Notes: generated by a model not told the origin, from the letters alone. 64,000 bases of DNA from an uncultured bacterium (GCA_963726455.1 CAVSCK010000003.1:704001-768000), one strand, 5' to 3'; shown: positions 51,913 through 61,909, counted from the stretch's first letter. Translations and numbers: made by a program.

Positions 51913-52749
51913 ATGAAATCACTGTGCATTTTCCTGCTATGCCTGCTAATGTCTTATCCCTCAAACATATTAGGCCAGGCGCGCAAAGACCGGCCGTCAG
52001 GTCTGGCGCTCACCGTAATAAACGACTCGGCTTACTCCTGGCGTGCCTTGAGTACACCGCACTTCCGTCTGCACTATCTCGCCAAGACCTATGCCGCAGT
52101 ACATCTTCGTGAACTGGCATCCGGCTTGGAGGATGCCCGCACCAATGCGTTGAAGATTCTGGAAGAAGGGGCTTTCGATTCTAAAATTGACGTTTTGTTC
52201 TTCTCGTCACCCGAAGAGATCGAGCGATTCACTCATAAACTGGTCCGAGCACGCAGTGATGAGTCGTCCCGAACCATATTACTGGCCGTAACGGCGCCCG
52301 TTAAATTCGCGATCAGGCAGGAAGTTATGCGCGTGATCAGCTATAACCTCTGGAGATCGCCTAACGAGGCAGCCAACAATGGCTTCATGTCCCAGGGTCT
52401 CGCCACATGGGCCGGTTCCCCTTGCGGTGAGAAGAGCGTCGATGAAATCGCTGCCTACATTCTCAAGGGAGGAAAGCCGGTGGAAATTGATTCTCTCGCG
52501 ACCAGGTTCGGCGCTTATCCCGACACCACTTCATCATTTCAGGCTGCTAGTTTTCTCGGCTATCTCATCCGCACATTCGGTACTGCAAAACTGCACGCTC
52601 TGTGGACGGAAGGTTTTGAGGAATTTCCGGCCGTTTTCGGCAAAGACCTGAAGGCCGTCAGCAGCGAATGGCGTACGAAGCTATTGAAAGATTATCCAAG
52701 TCCGAAAGTCGAGTGGAATCGCATCACCGAAAAGGGATGCGACCAATAG
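51913..52749 (+). CDS. Secreted peptidase MA-like protein with degenerate zinc motif
   Basis: STPHFRLHY; RQEVMR where HExxH is expected; MSQGLAT where EGLA is expected; AASFLGYL...FG. Confidence 0.6.
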   Translation: MKSLCIFLLCLLMSYPSNILGQARKDRPSGLALTVINDSAYSWRALSTPHFRLHYLAKTYAAVHLRELASGLEDARTNALKILEEGAFDSKIDVLFFSSPEEIERFTHKLVRARSDESSRTILLAVTAPVKFAIRQEVMRVISYNLWRSPNEAANNGFMSQGLATWAGSPCGEKSVDEIAAYILKGGKPVEIDSLATRFGAYPDTTSSFQAASFLGYLIRTFGTAKLHALWTEGFEEFPAVFGKDLKAVSSEWRTKLLKDYPSPKVEWNRITEKGCDQ

Positions 52750-52866
52750 AAGGAATCGCGGAAGCTCGGCGCCAGTCAATGCTGCATTTGCTTACGTGAT
52801 CGGGACGCCGTCATTTGGCGGCTGATCGCTTGACTAGGGAGTCAGATTAGCATATATATAGTTGTC

Positions 52867-53544
52867 ATGTCCGGCACGCACACCCATCCCCATACTCACG
52901 ATCATGTCCACCCGCATTCCCACGCGCGGGTTCATGAGCGCAAAACTCGTCTTGTCGTTTACCTCACTGCCGTCACAATGGTCGCGGAAATTATCTTCGG
53001 ATATTACACTAATTCGATGGCTCTGCTGGCCGATGGTTGGCACATGTCGTCACATGCGCTGGCACTGGGTCTCTCCTGGGTGGCCTATGTCCTCACACGC
53101 CGCCACGCCGAAAATCCGCACTTTCGCAACGGCACCGCCAAGATCCTGTCGCTCGCCGGATACACTAGTGCTCTTCTTCTGCAAGTAATAGCGATCTGGA
53201 TGGCGGTCGAATCAACGCGGCGCTTCTTCAACCCGGTGGCGATAAAATTCCACGAAGCGATCTTTGTTGCCGTGGTCGGCTTGCTTGTCAATGGCCTCAG
53301 CGCTGTCCTGCTGCATCACAAGCAGGAACACGGTGACCACAACATTCGCTCGGCATACTTGCATGTTCTCGCCGACGGCCTGACCAGCGTGACTGCCATA
53401 ATTGCGTTGACAGCCGGGATGTTTTGGAAGCTGTATGCACTTGATCCCATCTCAGGAATCATATCGTCGGTGATTATCACGCGCTGGGCCATCGGATTGG
53501 CGATAAACTCGGGCAAGGATTTACTCGACTATCACAAGGACTGA
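52867..53544 (+). CDS. Cation diffusion facilitator transporter, DmeF-like, short form
   Basis: His-rich N-terminus, SMALLADGWHM, HNIRSAYLHVLAD; no C-terminal cytosolic domain. Confidence 0.88.
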   Translation: MSGTHTHPHTHDHVHPHSHARVHERKTRLVVYLTAVTMVAEIIFGYYTNSMALLADGWHMSSHALALGLSWVAYVLTRRHAENPHFRNGTAKILSLAGYTSALLLQVIAIWMAVESTRRFFNPVAIKFHEAIFVAVVGLLVNGLSAVLLHHKQEHGDHNIRSAYLHVLADGLTSVTAIIALTAGMFWKLYALDPISGIISSVIITRWAIGLAINSGKDLLDYHKD

Positions 53545-53601
53545 CGCAAGGGTGCTGTCATGATCGGCATACCAGCCGGTCGATCCCGGTCGAATTTAGA
53601 C

Positions 53602-53629
53602 TTGACAGTGTACGTTGCTTCGCTATATT
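53602..53629 (+). promoter_or_regulatory. Sigma70-type promoter
   Basis: TTGACA-N16-TATATT upstream of 53763. Confidence 0.5.
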
Positions 53630-53762
53630 GAATCCGCTGTTAAGAATGACAGAGCAACTTTAGTTACTTACAAATCATTTTCACAGGTTAGCATCAGATC
53701 GATTCTTCGCTAACGTTTTAGACTTTCATCTTAAGGGAGGAACCCCAATCAGAGGAGGTTTT

Positions 53763-55259
53763 ATGTCTAAACGTTGCTCCCCGCTTTCCAGATGCCTGAC
53801 ACTGCCAGGCACGGCCTTTGCACTTTTGCTGCTGGTTGTTCTCACTTTCCACACTGGTGGTCTGGCCAGCGAGTGCACGTTAGGTACGCCGACGGTGTAT
53901 ATCATGAGTCAAGGTGATGTGGCTCTCGGGTCAGTGTTCGATCTCGGCATCGGTATGTGCAATGACACAACACTCGCGCATGGTTTTGGCGGTTTTGACC
54001 TCCTGATCACTTATGATCCGCAAGCTTTGACTTTTCTCGGAGCGTCGAAGGGAGCTTTGCTTGATTCGTGCGGATGGGAGTATCTGGAATATAGGCAAGG
54101 ATTATTGGTCCCGGGTAAATATGCTGTGCGGATCGTGGCCGTAGCCGACACAGGCAATGACGGGAATCACCCCAGTTGTCATCTGGAAGGCAGGCTCGGC
54201 GAGTTAGCTTCACTACAATTCCGCATGACTTCTGACTCGGCCTATATGTTCAACAACATAACTTATGCCAGTTTCTACTGGAACGATTGCGGAGACAATG
54301 TCCTGATATCTCCCGCGAATGATTCAGTCTTCTTGTCGAAAGGAGTGACGGATTGGGGCGGTGGTCCCTATCCGCCACCTTCGAGTCTTGGCACGACGCA
54401 TGGCGCACCGGATACGTGTCTCCAAACTTCGTCTGGGCGAATCCCTTTTCGCCTGACTTATTTCATGGCCGGGTTCGTGAACACGTGGCCGCATTCCGAC
54501 TCGATTTCTCCTCGGGGAGATCTCAATCTTAACGGCATCGCCTACGAAATCGCCGACTTTCTCGTGTACGAAAACTATTTTCTCCATGGTCTGGATGCGC
54601 TGCCTGAAATAGGCCGTGCTATGTCCATCGCGGCTTCCGATATCAATGCCGACGGGGCAACTCTAACTTATCGAGATCTGGTATACATGCAGAAGATTAT
54701 CGTCGGCGACACCCTGCCCAACCCGAAGCAATTCAATGGGAAGGCAATTACGGCGCGATTTTTTCAGGACACAACGGCACATACGATTGGCTCGAGTTCT
54801 CCTGCAGGTCTGGCGGGTGCATACATGTTGGTTAAGGGCGACATTATCCCTACCTTCGTCATTCCAGCCGGAATGGCTCAGAACTATTACTTTGATGGCG
54901 TCTATACCCGCATTGTCATTGTCGGAAGTATGAGTATGCCGTATGCCACTGGAACTTGGCTGACTTACCAGGGCAATGGCACACTGGAATATGTCTCGAC
55001 CACTGACTGGCATAACGCGGAGATGATCGCCCAAATCAACGGTGATATTTTCAATTGCGGCGACTTCAACGGTGACGGCGGCCTCGACATTTCAGATGCA
55101 GTTTATCTTATCTATTTCATCTTCAGCGGTGGCCCGTCCCCTCTTGATAATCGGTATGGCGACATCAACTGCGACGGTGTCTGTGACATCAGCGACGCTG
55201 TGTACCTGATGCAGTTCATCTTCGCAGGCGGGGCAGTTCCCTGCGCTAGCTGTAAATAG
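53763..55259 (+). CDS. Secreted cohesin-like plus dockerin-like domain protein
   Basis: GGFDLLITYDPQALTF cohesin-like strand; internal RGDLNLNGIAYEIAD/SDINADG EF-hand-like pair; terminal [18 protein letters not shown] repeats. Confidence 0.75.
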   Translation: MSKRCSPLSRCLTLPGTAFALLLLVVLTFHTGGLASECTLGTPTVYIMSQGDVALGSVFDLGIGMCNDTTLAHGFGGFDLLITYDPQALTFLGASKGALLDSCGWEYLEYRQGLLVPGKYAVRIVAVADTGNDGNHPSCHLEGRLGELASLQFRMTSDSAYMFNNITYASFYWNDCGDNVLISPANDSVFLSKGVTDWGGGPYPPPSSLGTTHGAPDTCLQTSSGRIPFRLTYFMAGFVNTWPHSDSISPRGDLNLNGIAYEIADFLVYENYFLHGLDALPEIGRAMSIAASDINADGATLTYRDLVYMQKIIVGDTLPNPKQFNGKAITARFFQDTTAHTIGSSSPAGLAGAYMLVKGDIIPTFVIPAGMAQNYYFDGVYTRIVIVGSMSMPYATGTWLTYQGNGTLEYVSTTDWHNAEMIAQINGDIFNCGDFNGDGGLDISDAVYLIYFIFSGGPSPLDNRYGDINCDGVCDISDAVYLMQFIFAGGAVPCASCK

Positions 55260-55347
55260 TAGACGAAAATTCCCTGGAGCGGCCGGATTCGGCCGCCCCT
55301 TTCACTTTCCAGACCTATATTCGCACCAATCGACTAACAAAAAATCG

Positions 55348-56412
55348 TTGCCGTATCGATTCCGAGACGATATCGTCACATCGATGTCTGATTACGATCG
55401 ATCTCAGCAGTTTGCCGCAGTCGACGACCCGCAGTTGCCGGAACGGTTTCAGAACTATGCTCTCGATAAGAATGTAATCGGCGAGGGCCCGGCCAGTTTC
55501 TCGTATCGTGCCACTCGCATTGACGGCAATCGCGAAGTGCGTCTGAAAGTGCTGCGCAAGCGCGTTTGTGAGTTGCCGGCAATTGCCGAGGTTTTTCAGC
55601 AACTGAAGCTGGCACAGCCGCAATTCACGGGTGATAACATCCTGAGATTCACGGGCGCAACGGTTCACAACGGCATACTGATCTTCGAATATGAATACTT
55701 CGATTCTCTAAGTCTGCGTTCCGTGATGGACACCGACGCGCCATTCCATCCCGACCTGGTTGCGCTTCTGGCCATGGAAATCATTTGCGGACTCAATCAA
55801 ATCCACGGCGTCCGCCCCTCTCCCGGCTTGGGAAGTCTCGTCCCCTTACATCGAAATCTCAAACCGGAAAATGTGCTGGTATCTTCGACGGGTTGGGCAA
55901 AGCTGACCGACATCGGCATGATTGATGTCCCGGTATACTGCGATGCTGCGCGACTGGGCCTTCCCTACGACAATCGTGTTTATCAGTCGCCGGAGCAACT
56001 GTTGCGCGATGGGTACGCCGACCGCCGCACCGATGTCTATGCGCTCGGACTGATCATGCTGGAAATGGCAACCGCACGATTTCCGTTCCGAGGCGTTGAC
56101 ATCTTCGAAGTCCGACAGAACATCAGAGAGAACCATCGTGAACCGTCTGATTCACTTTATCCCGCCACTCGCGACCGCAATCGTCGTGAACTAATGCATG
56201 ATCTCGGGAAGATCGTCGAAAGAATGATATCGACCGATTCTGAAAAGCGAATTCAGAGTCTGGTCGACGTTGAGGGATCCCTGATTCGCTACCTCGACGG
56301 CTCCAACTACTCGAATCGAAATCGCGCGATTGCCGACTTTCTCAAGGCGCGCTCATTCGAGGTCCAACGTCTGCGCAAACGTGGATTTATCGAGCGTCTG
56401 TTCGGTGGCTGA
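55348..56412 (+). CDS. Hanks-type Ser/Thr kinase-like protein (possible pseudokinase)
   Basis: IGEGPAS, VRLKVL, HRNLKPENVL, LTDIG, YQSPEQ, TDVYALG; start may be 55384. Confidence 0.8.
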   Translation: MPYRFRDDIVTSMSDYDRSQQFAAVDDPQLPERFQNYALDKNVIGEGPASFSYRATRIDGNREVRLKVLRKRVCELPAIAEVFQQLKLAQPQFTGDNILRFTGATVHNGILIFEYEYFDSLSLRSVMDTDAPFHPDLVALLAMEIICGLNQIHGVRPSPGLGSLVPLHRNLKPENVLVSSTGWAKLTDIGMIDVPVYCDAARLGLPYDNRVYQSPEQLLRDGYADRRTDVYALGLIMLEMATARFPFRGVDIFEVRQNIRENHREPSDSLYPATRDRNRRELMHDLGKIVERMISTDSEKRIQSLVDVEGSLIRYLDGSNYSNRNRAIADFLKARSFEVQRLRKRGFIERLFGG

Positions 56413-56499
56413 TTCGAATGTACTATTTGCTGTTCAACGGGAGAGAGGGCATACCAAGAATTGACTTGACCATTTTACTTTGGAATTATTATTAGCAGT

Positions 56500-57066
56500 A
56501 TGATACGATTGATTGTTGGTCTCGGAAATCCTGGCAAAGGTTATGCTCGTACACGGCACAATCTCGGATTCATGGTTGTAGACAGCATGATCGACAAGAA
56601 GCGGGGCCGGTTCGCGGTCCAGAAGAACGACTACCATTTGGCCGTGCTGCGCCTGCGAAGCGAACAAGTCAACTTCGCCAAACCGATGACCTTCATGAAC
56701 TTATCTGGAAAAGCGGTTAAGACACTGTTGGCATTCCTGGAGATTAAGTCCCAGGCAATGCTGGTAATTTGTGATGATTTCGCCCTGCCGTTCGGTAAGG
56801 TACGTGTACGGCTCAGTGGCTCGGATGGTGGCCATAATGGACTGGCTTCGATCATCGAAGAGATTGGAACCGATGACTTTCCGCGGCTTCGCATGGGGAT
56901 TGGACCGTTGCCCGAAGGCGTTGCGGCTCACGAGTTCGTGCTGGAACAATTTTCACCGGAAGAGGTTGACAATCTCGAGTCGTTTGTTAAATTGGGGGCC
57001 ACTTGCGTCGAGACAGCAATCTACAGCGGGCTGACTGATGCAATGAACAAATACAACGGTTTATAG
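56500..57066 (+). CDS. pth: Peptidyl-tRNA hydrolase
   Basis: LIVGLGNPG..TRHNLGF, KPMTFMNLSG, GGHNGL. Confidence 0.97.
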   Translation: MIRLIVGLGNPGKGYARTRHNLGFMVVDSMIDKKRGRFAVQKNDYHLAVLRLRSEQVNFAKPMTFMNLSGKAVKTLLAFLEIKSQAMLVICDDFALPFGKVRVRLSGSDGGHNGLASIIEEIGTDDFPRLRMGIGPLPEGVAAHEFVLEQFSPEEVDNLESFVKLGATCVETAIYSGLTDAMNKYNGL

Positions 57067-57134
57067 CCGTTCCCTGTCTTCCGGAAATACCGGAAGACCT
57101 ATGGTTTCAACTATAGTCCGGAGGGAGGTCATTC
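57067..57134 (+). promoter_or_regulatory. Structured rpsF leader (candidate S6:S18-responsive element)
   Basis: GTCTTCCGG/CCGGAAGAC 9-bp stem, second CTATGG/CTATAG stem, and TTCCCT able to pair with the AGGGAG ribosome-binding site. Confidence 0.45.
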
Positions 57135-57527
57135 TTGCGACTTTACGAAACCACATTCATTACCGACGCACAGCTTTCCGACAACGAAATCGAATCCGAA
57201 GTTAGGAAGGTCGAGGAATTAATCACGGCCAATGGTGGCGAGATCGTCGAGATCCAGCGCTGGGGCATTCGTCGACTTGCTTACGAGATCAAGCACAAGC
57301 GTCAGGGCTTCTACACACATTTCCTTTATCGCGGCGAGACCGGCATGCCTGCCATCATCGAAAGCGCCTTCAAAGTTAACGAGCGAATCGTTCGTTTTCT
57401 GACGGTCGTTTCCGAAGTGGATCTTGAGGAGCGCCAGCAGCAGAAGGAAGCGCTTGAAGCGGCGGCCGCGAAGGTCGTTATCCCGCCGGTCGTCGAAGAA
57501 GGCGAAGCGGGCGAAGCAGAAATCTGA
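57135..57527 (+). CDS. rpsF: 30S ribosomal protein S6
   Basis: YETTFI, WGIRRLAYEI, GFY; TTG start after GGAGG. Confidence 0.97.
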   Translation: MRLYETTFITDAQLSDNEIESEVRKVEELITANGGEIVEIQRWGIRRLAYEIKHKRQGFYTHFLYRGETGMPAIIESAFKVNERIVRFLTVVSEVDLEERQQQKEALEAAAAKVVIPPVVEEGEAGEAEI

Positions 57528-57554
57528 CACTCAATCTTGGGAGAATAGTGAATC

Positions 57555-57791
57555 ATGGCTGAAGGATTTGATAGAAGACGGCGGAAACCGTGCCGTCTGT
57601 GCGAAAACAAGATCAAGAGCATTGATTATAAAGACGATAAGTTACTGCGCCGATTCATGTTGGAGCGCGGCAAAATTGTGCCTCGGCGCGTCACGGGGAA
57701 TTGCGCCAAGCATCAACGGATGTTGACTACCGCGATCAAACGCGCCCGTCACATTGCGCTGCTGCCTTACACGGCGGACACTTATCGTTAG
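57555..57791 (+). CDS. rpsR: 30S ribosomal protein S18 (Cys-containing, zinc-binding form)
   Basis: [32 protein letters not shown]. Confidence 0.98.
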   Translation: MAEGFDRRRRKPCRLCENKIKSIDYKDDKLLRRFMLERGKIVPRRVTGNCAKHQRMLTTAIKRARHIALLPYTADTYR

Positions 57792-57804
57792 CTCCGGCGT
57801 GGCG

Positions 57805-58722
57805 ATGCTGACGGACGACGGACATCGAATCGAATATGTCTGCGCGTTGGCAATTGCGCTGGCGTTCCCGCTTTCATTCAGGTTTCCCCCACTCCTGATG
57901 TTATCGACGTTGGGGATCAGCGGCATGTACTATCTCTGGTTCGCGCGACAATACTGGCTTCTGGGTCTGGCGTCGACGCTGTCAGTGATGGGAGTGTTTG
58001 CCTGGAGGGGATTCGTGCCGGGATTGCTGCTGGCCGGAGGAATAATAGTCCCGACGATGATTATGGTTGTATTAAGACGACGAGGGCTTGGATCTGCAGC
58101 CTCAGTAGCTGCCGCCGTGGTAGTGCCGTTGGGTGCATTGGCAATCAACTACCAGTTTCTAAGTCGGATGCTCGCGTTTCTGGCAGAGGAAATGCGCCGC
58201 ACCGCTATCACGACAGTTGCGCCGGGAGTTTACACTCCGGACCAGCAGCGGTTGCTGATGAACACGTTTGGTCAACTGGCCGACAAGCTCCCGTACTACT
58301 TCCCGGCGACTCTGGTTTTCCTGATCGTATCCTTGTTCGCGATCGGCCTGATCGTCGGTAATCACATTGTGCGGATCAAGGGAGTATTCGCCCGGCCGAT
58401 AACCGACTTTTCGTTCTGGAAAATGCCTGAATGGGCGGTGATACCGGTCGGGATCGTGGCGATAATGGTGTTGACTAATCACCCCCTGTTAGCGATTATT
58501 GGCTGGAACGCGCTGCTGTTTCTGGCAGTGCTGTATTCAGTTTGCGGCTTATCGCTCGTCGAGTATGCGTTGCGAATGCGCCATGCGCCGACCGCGATTA
58601 GAGTTGCTGTATATGTGCTTCTGTTTTTGACGCAGTTGGTGGCGGGGATTCTCCTGCCGCTGCTGGCGTTGTTCGACTCGAAATTTGATTTCCGCAAAAT
58701 TCGGGCAAAACAGCTGGGTTAA
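57805..58722 (+). CDS. DUF2232/YybS-family membrane protein
   Basis: Multiple TM helices, FSFWKMP, FDSKFDFRK; conserved position between rpsR and rplI. Confidence 0.85.
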   Translation: MLTDDGHRIEYVCALAIALAFPLSFRFPPLLMLSTLGISGMYYLWFARQYWLLGLASTLSVMGVFAWRGFVPGLLLAGGIIVPTMIMVVLRRRGLGSAASVAAAVVVPLGALAINYQFLSRMLAFLAEEMRRTAITTVAPGVYTPDQQRLLMNTFGQLADKLPYYFPATLVFLIVSLFAIGLIVGNHIVRIKGVFARPITDFSFWKMPEWAVIPVGIVAIMVLTNHPLLAIIGWNALLFLAVLYSVCGLSLVEYALRMRHAPTAIRVAVYVLLFLTQLVAGILLPLLALFDSKFDFRKIRAKQLG

Positions 58723-58756
58723 CACGTAAAAAGAATGAGTAATAGGAGATATAGCG

Positions 58757-59206
58757 ATGAAGGTGATCCTGAAAGAAGATGTCGATACTCTCGGCAAGTG
58801 CGGTGAGGTTGTGGAAGTGAAATCCGGCTACGGGCGCAATTTCCTGCTCCCGCGCAATCTGGCAATTTCGGCCACCAAAGGTAATATGCACGCGATTGAA
58901 GAGCTGCGCAGCCAGCAGCAACTGCGCCAGGCAAAGGTGCGCCGCGCGGCCGAAACGATCAAGTCGCGCATCGAAAAAGCGTCCTGCACCGCCGAAGTGA
59001 ATGTCGGCGAGGATGACAAAGTATTCGGTTCCGTAACTGCTCAAGCGATCGCCGATCTGCTGGCAACGCAGGGCATCGAGATTGACCGCAAGAAAATCAT
59101 GCTGGAAGAACCACTGAAAGCATTGGGTGTCTATACGATTCCGGTAAAGATTGCCTCCGAAGTGACGGCGAATCTCAAAGTTTGGGTGGTCAAGAAGGTC
59201 GAATGA
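58757..59206 (+). CDS. rplI: 50S ribosomal protein L9
   Basis: MKVILKEDV..LG..GYGRNFLLP, FGSVT. Confidence 0.98.
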   Translation: MKVILKEDVDTLGKCGEVVEVKSGYGRNFLLPRNLAISATKGNMHAIEELRSQQQLRQAKVRRAAETIKSRIEKASCTAEVNVGEDDKVFGSVTAQAIADLLATQGIEIDRKKIMLEEPLKALGVYTIPVKIASEVTANLKVWVVKKVE

Positions 59207-59697
59207 GCAAGGAAATGCTCCCTGCGAAGATTCACGGACTGGCTCTGGATACAGCGTCCAAGTCGCCGGTTGTGATACTCGCCGCCGAAGGTACCGACAA
59301 AGTTCTGCCGATCTGGATCGGACACTTCGAGGCCTGGGCAATCGCCATGGAGCTTTCCCAAATCAAGTCCAAGCGTCCACTCACCCATGACTTGATCGCT
59401 TCCGTTATCACCGAGCTGAAAGGCAAGGTTGAGAAAGTGGAGGTTACCGAATTGAAGGAACAAACCTTTTACGCCCGCATCTATATTTCCTGTGAGGGCG
59501 AGACCAGACAGATCGACGCTCGCCCTTCAGACTCTATCGCCATCGCGCTCAAGACCGGAGCGCCGATCTTCGTTGCCTCGGACTTGTTTAACATCCGTGA
59601 GGATGCCGGACTGCCGGAGCGGATAAACGATCCGGAAAACCTGAAAGAACGGCTGCGCAACATCAACCCCGAAGATTTTGGCAAGTATTCCCTCTAG
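59203..59697 (+). CDS. Bifunctional nuclease family protein (DUF151)
   Basis: LPIWIGHFEA, RPLTHDL, IDARPSDSIAIAL; ATGA overlap with rplI. Confidence 0.93.
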   Translation: MSKEMLPAKIHGLALDTASKSPVVILAAEGTDKVLPIWIGHFEAWAIAMELSQIKSKRPLTHDLIASVITELKGKVEKVEVTELKEQTFYARIYISCEGETRQIDARPSDSIAIALKTGAPIFVASDLFNIREDAGLPERINDPENLKERLRNINPEDFGKYSL

Positions 59698-59752
59698 ATC
59701 GGCACCGATGGCGACGGCCGATATCCCTTTGACGTTCGCGTAAGTTACGCGA

Positions 59753-60622
59753 ATGGAGCCACCAGCGATGAGTAATCTGACCGCGACACACGAAGCATTG
59801 AAGACCAAGTACGATACGCTCAAGACGATTCTGCGGTCGTACGAACGGGTCGTGATCGCGTTTTCCGGTGGCTTGGATTCATCTTTCCTGCTCTATGCCG
59901 CCATTGAGACACTGGGAGCGACTAATACGATCGCTGCCATCGGCATTTCCGAATCACTGGCGCGTTCTGAATACGAATCAGGGAGACAGTTCGCATTAGG
60001 TCTGGGACTGCCCGCGGATCACATTATGGAAATCGAAACGGCCGAACTCAGTGATCCGGACTACGTGCAGAATTCGCCCAACCGCTGCTTCTTCTGCAAA
60101 ACGGAACTGTTCCAGAAACTCAATGAGCTGGCTGAGAAATCCAAATTGATGGTTGTCTGCGACGGCGCCAACGCCTCCGATATCGGCGACTTCCGCCCCG
60201 GCATGAAAGCGGCCAAGGAAAAGAAAGTCAGATCCCCGCTGTTGGAGGCCGGGTTGTCGAAGGATGAGATTCGCGAACTGGCGAAGGGATTCGGGTTGTC
60301 GATCTGGGATAAACCGCAGTCGGCGTGCCTTGCCTCAAGGATACCATACGGCTCACAAGTGACGCGAGAGAAACTGGGACAGATAGAACAAGCCGAAGAG
60401 TATTTGCGCTCGCTCGGATTTCGGCAATTGCGCGTGCGGCACCATGACACAGTAGCGCGGATCGAATTGCCGCTGGAGGATTTACCCAGACTACTTGGAA
60501 ACGGCATCGGTGAAAAGATCGTTGAGCGTTTTCGCGAAATCGGTTTCCTGTTTTCCACTGTCGACCTGGCCGGATTTAAGTCGGGCGGCATGAACGTAAT
60601 GTTGAAAGGCGAAAAGAAATGA
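59753..60622 (+). CDS. larE: LarE-family ATP-dependent sulfur transferase
   Basis: AFSGGLDS PP-loop, RCFFCK, DFRPG, ACLASRIPYG, RVRHH. Confidence 0.92.
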   Translation: MEPPAMSNLTATHEALKTKYDTLKTILRSYERVVIAFSGGLDSSFLLYAAIETLGATNTIAAIGISESLARSEYESGRQFALGLGLPADHIMEIETAELSDPDYVQNSPNRCFFCKTELFQKLNELAEKSKLMVVCDGANASDIGDFRPGMKAAKEKKVRSPLLEAGLSKDEIRELAKGFGLSIWDKPQSACLASRIPYGSQVTREKLGQIEQAEEYLRSLGFRQLRVRHHDTVARIELPLEDLPRLLGNGIGEKIVERFREIGFLFSTVDLAGFKSGGMNVMLKGEKK

Positions 60623-60834
60623 CGGATCAGCAGAAACCAAACATCGCTATGAAAATGGTGGTTGACGGCGTAGAGCACTGTATCACCTTCGAGGAATTGA
60701 CGCTTTCGAATAATCTGGCGCAGGAAGCACTCGTGAGTCTGTTGATCAAGAAACAACTGATCCAGGGGCAGGAACTTCTCGATGAAATCTCCCGCATCCG
60801 CAAGGAGCGCTATCATCCTGAGCCGGAGAAGTAG
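60619..60834 (+). CDS. Small hypothetical protein
   Basis: ATGA-coupled to larE; 71 aa, EALVSLLIKKQLI..ELLDEI. Confidence 0.7.
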   Translation: MTDQQKPNIAMKMVVDGVEHCITFEELTLSNNLAQEALVSLLIKKQLIQGQELLDEISRIRKERYHPEPEK

Positions 60835-60854
60835 TCGAACCGGCTGGTATAGGA

Positions 60855-61328
60855 ATGACTGAACAATCGTCGCAAAATTCAGGGAGCGCTACCGCGCCGG
60901 CAGTGCCGGAAACGCCGCTGTTGACCTGGTCCACGCATCCGGCTAAGACCCGACCCACATTAACGGTGGGCGTAATAGCTCTTCTTCTGCTTTTGGTAGC
61001 GATCGTTTACTTTCTTACGAAAACACCATTGTTCACAGTCATGGCCGCGCTGTTGCTATACGGATCGCTCACACAATTCTTCACGTCGACGACTTTCGAA
61101 TTTACGAATTCGAAAATTCGTGTGAACTACATCGTGAACAAAGTAGAAAAGGATTGGTCGCAATACCGATCATATTATACTGACAAGAACGGTGTTCTGC
61201 TATCACCTTTCCCGGGGCCGTCACGACTGGAAAATTTCCGCGGCCTGTACGTGCGATTTGCCGGTAACAAGGATCAGGTGATGGCAATCGTCCGGCAAAA
61301 AATAAACTACGTCCCTGAAAAGGACTGA
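60855..61328 (+). CDS. Hypothetical membrane protein (two TM helices plus PH-like domain)
   Basis: LTWSTHP, two hydrophobic helices, GVLLSPF..SRLENFRGL. Confidence 0.75.
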   Translation: MTEQSSQNSGSATAPAVPETPLLTWSTHPAKTRPTLTVGVIALLLLLVAIVYFLTKTPLFTVMAALLLYGSLTQFFTSTTFEFTNSKIRVNYIVNKVEKDWSQYRSYYTDKNGVLLSPFPGPSRLENFRGLYVRFAGNKDQVMAIVRQKINYVPEKD

Positions 61329-61354
61329 CCAGCATCCGAGGTTGAACCGATACT

Positions 61355-61876
61355 ATGGGATTCTTTCCACTGAACTCCGCCGACGACATGCGCGCCGCCG
61401 ACAAGTACTCCGATCACGAGAAAGAGCTCCTCGACAAGCTCGCAAAGAAAGTGGTCTACTGGAAGATGACGGTGCCCGCGATCATGGCGCTGGAATCGGT
61501 CAAACCGCTGAATTACATCGGTTCGCAGGCAATGGTTTTCTTTGAGCCGATCGTCCAGTCAATATTCAATCTCAAAGATTACGACACGCTGCGACAGATG
61601 CTGGAACGCCGTGAGACTCTGGAGATGCTGCTGCTGCGGGTAGAGTTTTTCGACGCCATCGCGCGCCGCAAGGAAAAGCTGTTCAATAAACTGAAGAAAG
61701 AATACTTGAAGACGCAGACTCTTGGATTCCGTGTCAAATCATCGATCGTCGGTTTTCGCGTGCCCAAACATCTCGAGGCCGACTGGAAAGCCAAGATGGA
61801 TGCGATCGATGCAGAGGCAGCAGAGGCCGATAAAGGCAGCGCCTCGCAAACGCCCAAGACTGATTCCCCTTCTTAA
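61355..61876 (+). CDS. Conserved hypothetical protein
   Basis: MTVPAIMALESVKPLNYIGSQ; co-oriented with the operon. Confidence 0.75.
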   Translation: MGFFPLNSADDMRAADKYSDHEKELLDKLAKKVVYWKMTVPAIMALESVKPLNYIGSQAMVFFEPIVQSIFNLKDYDTLRQMLERRETLEMLLLRVEFFDAIARRKEKLFNKLKKEYLKTQTLGFRVKSSIVGFRVPKHLEADWKAKMDAIDAEAAEADKGSASQTPKTDSPS

Positions 61877-61909
61877 CTCCCTATTCGCCGAATTTCTATT
61901 ACACACAAT

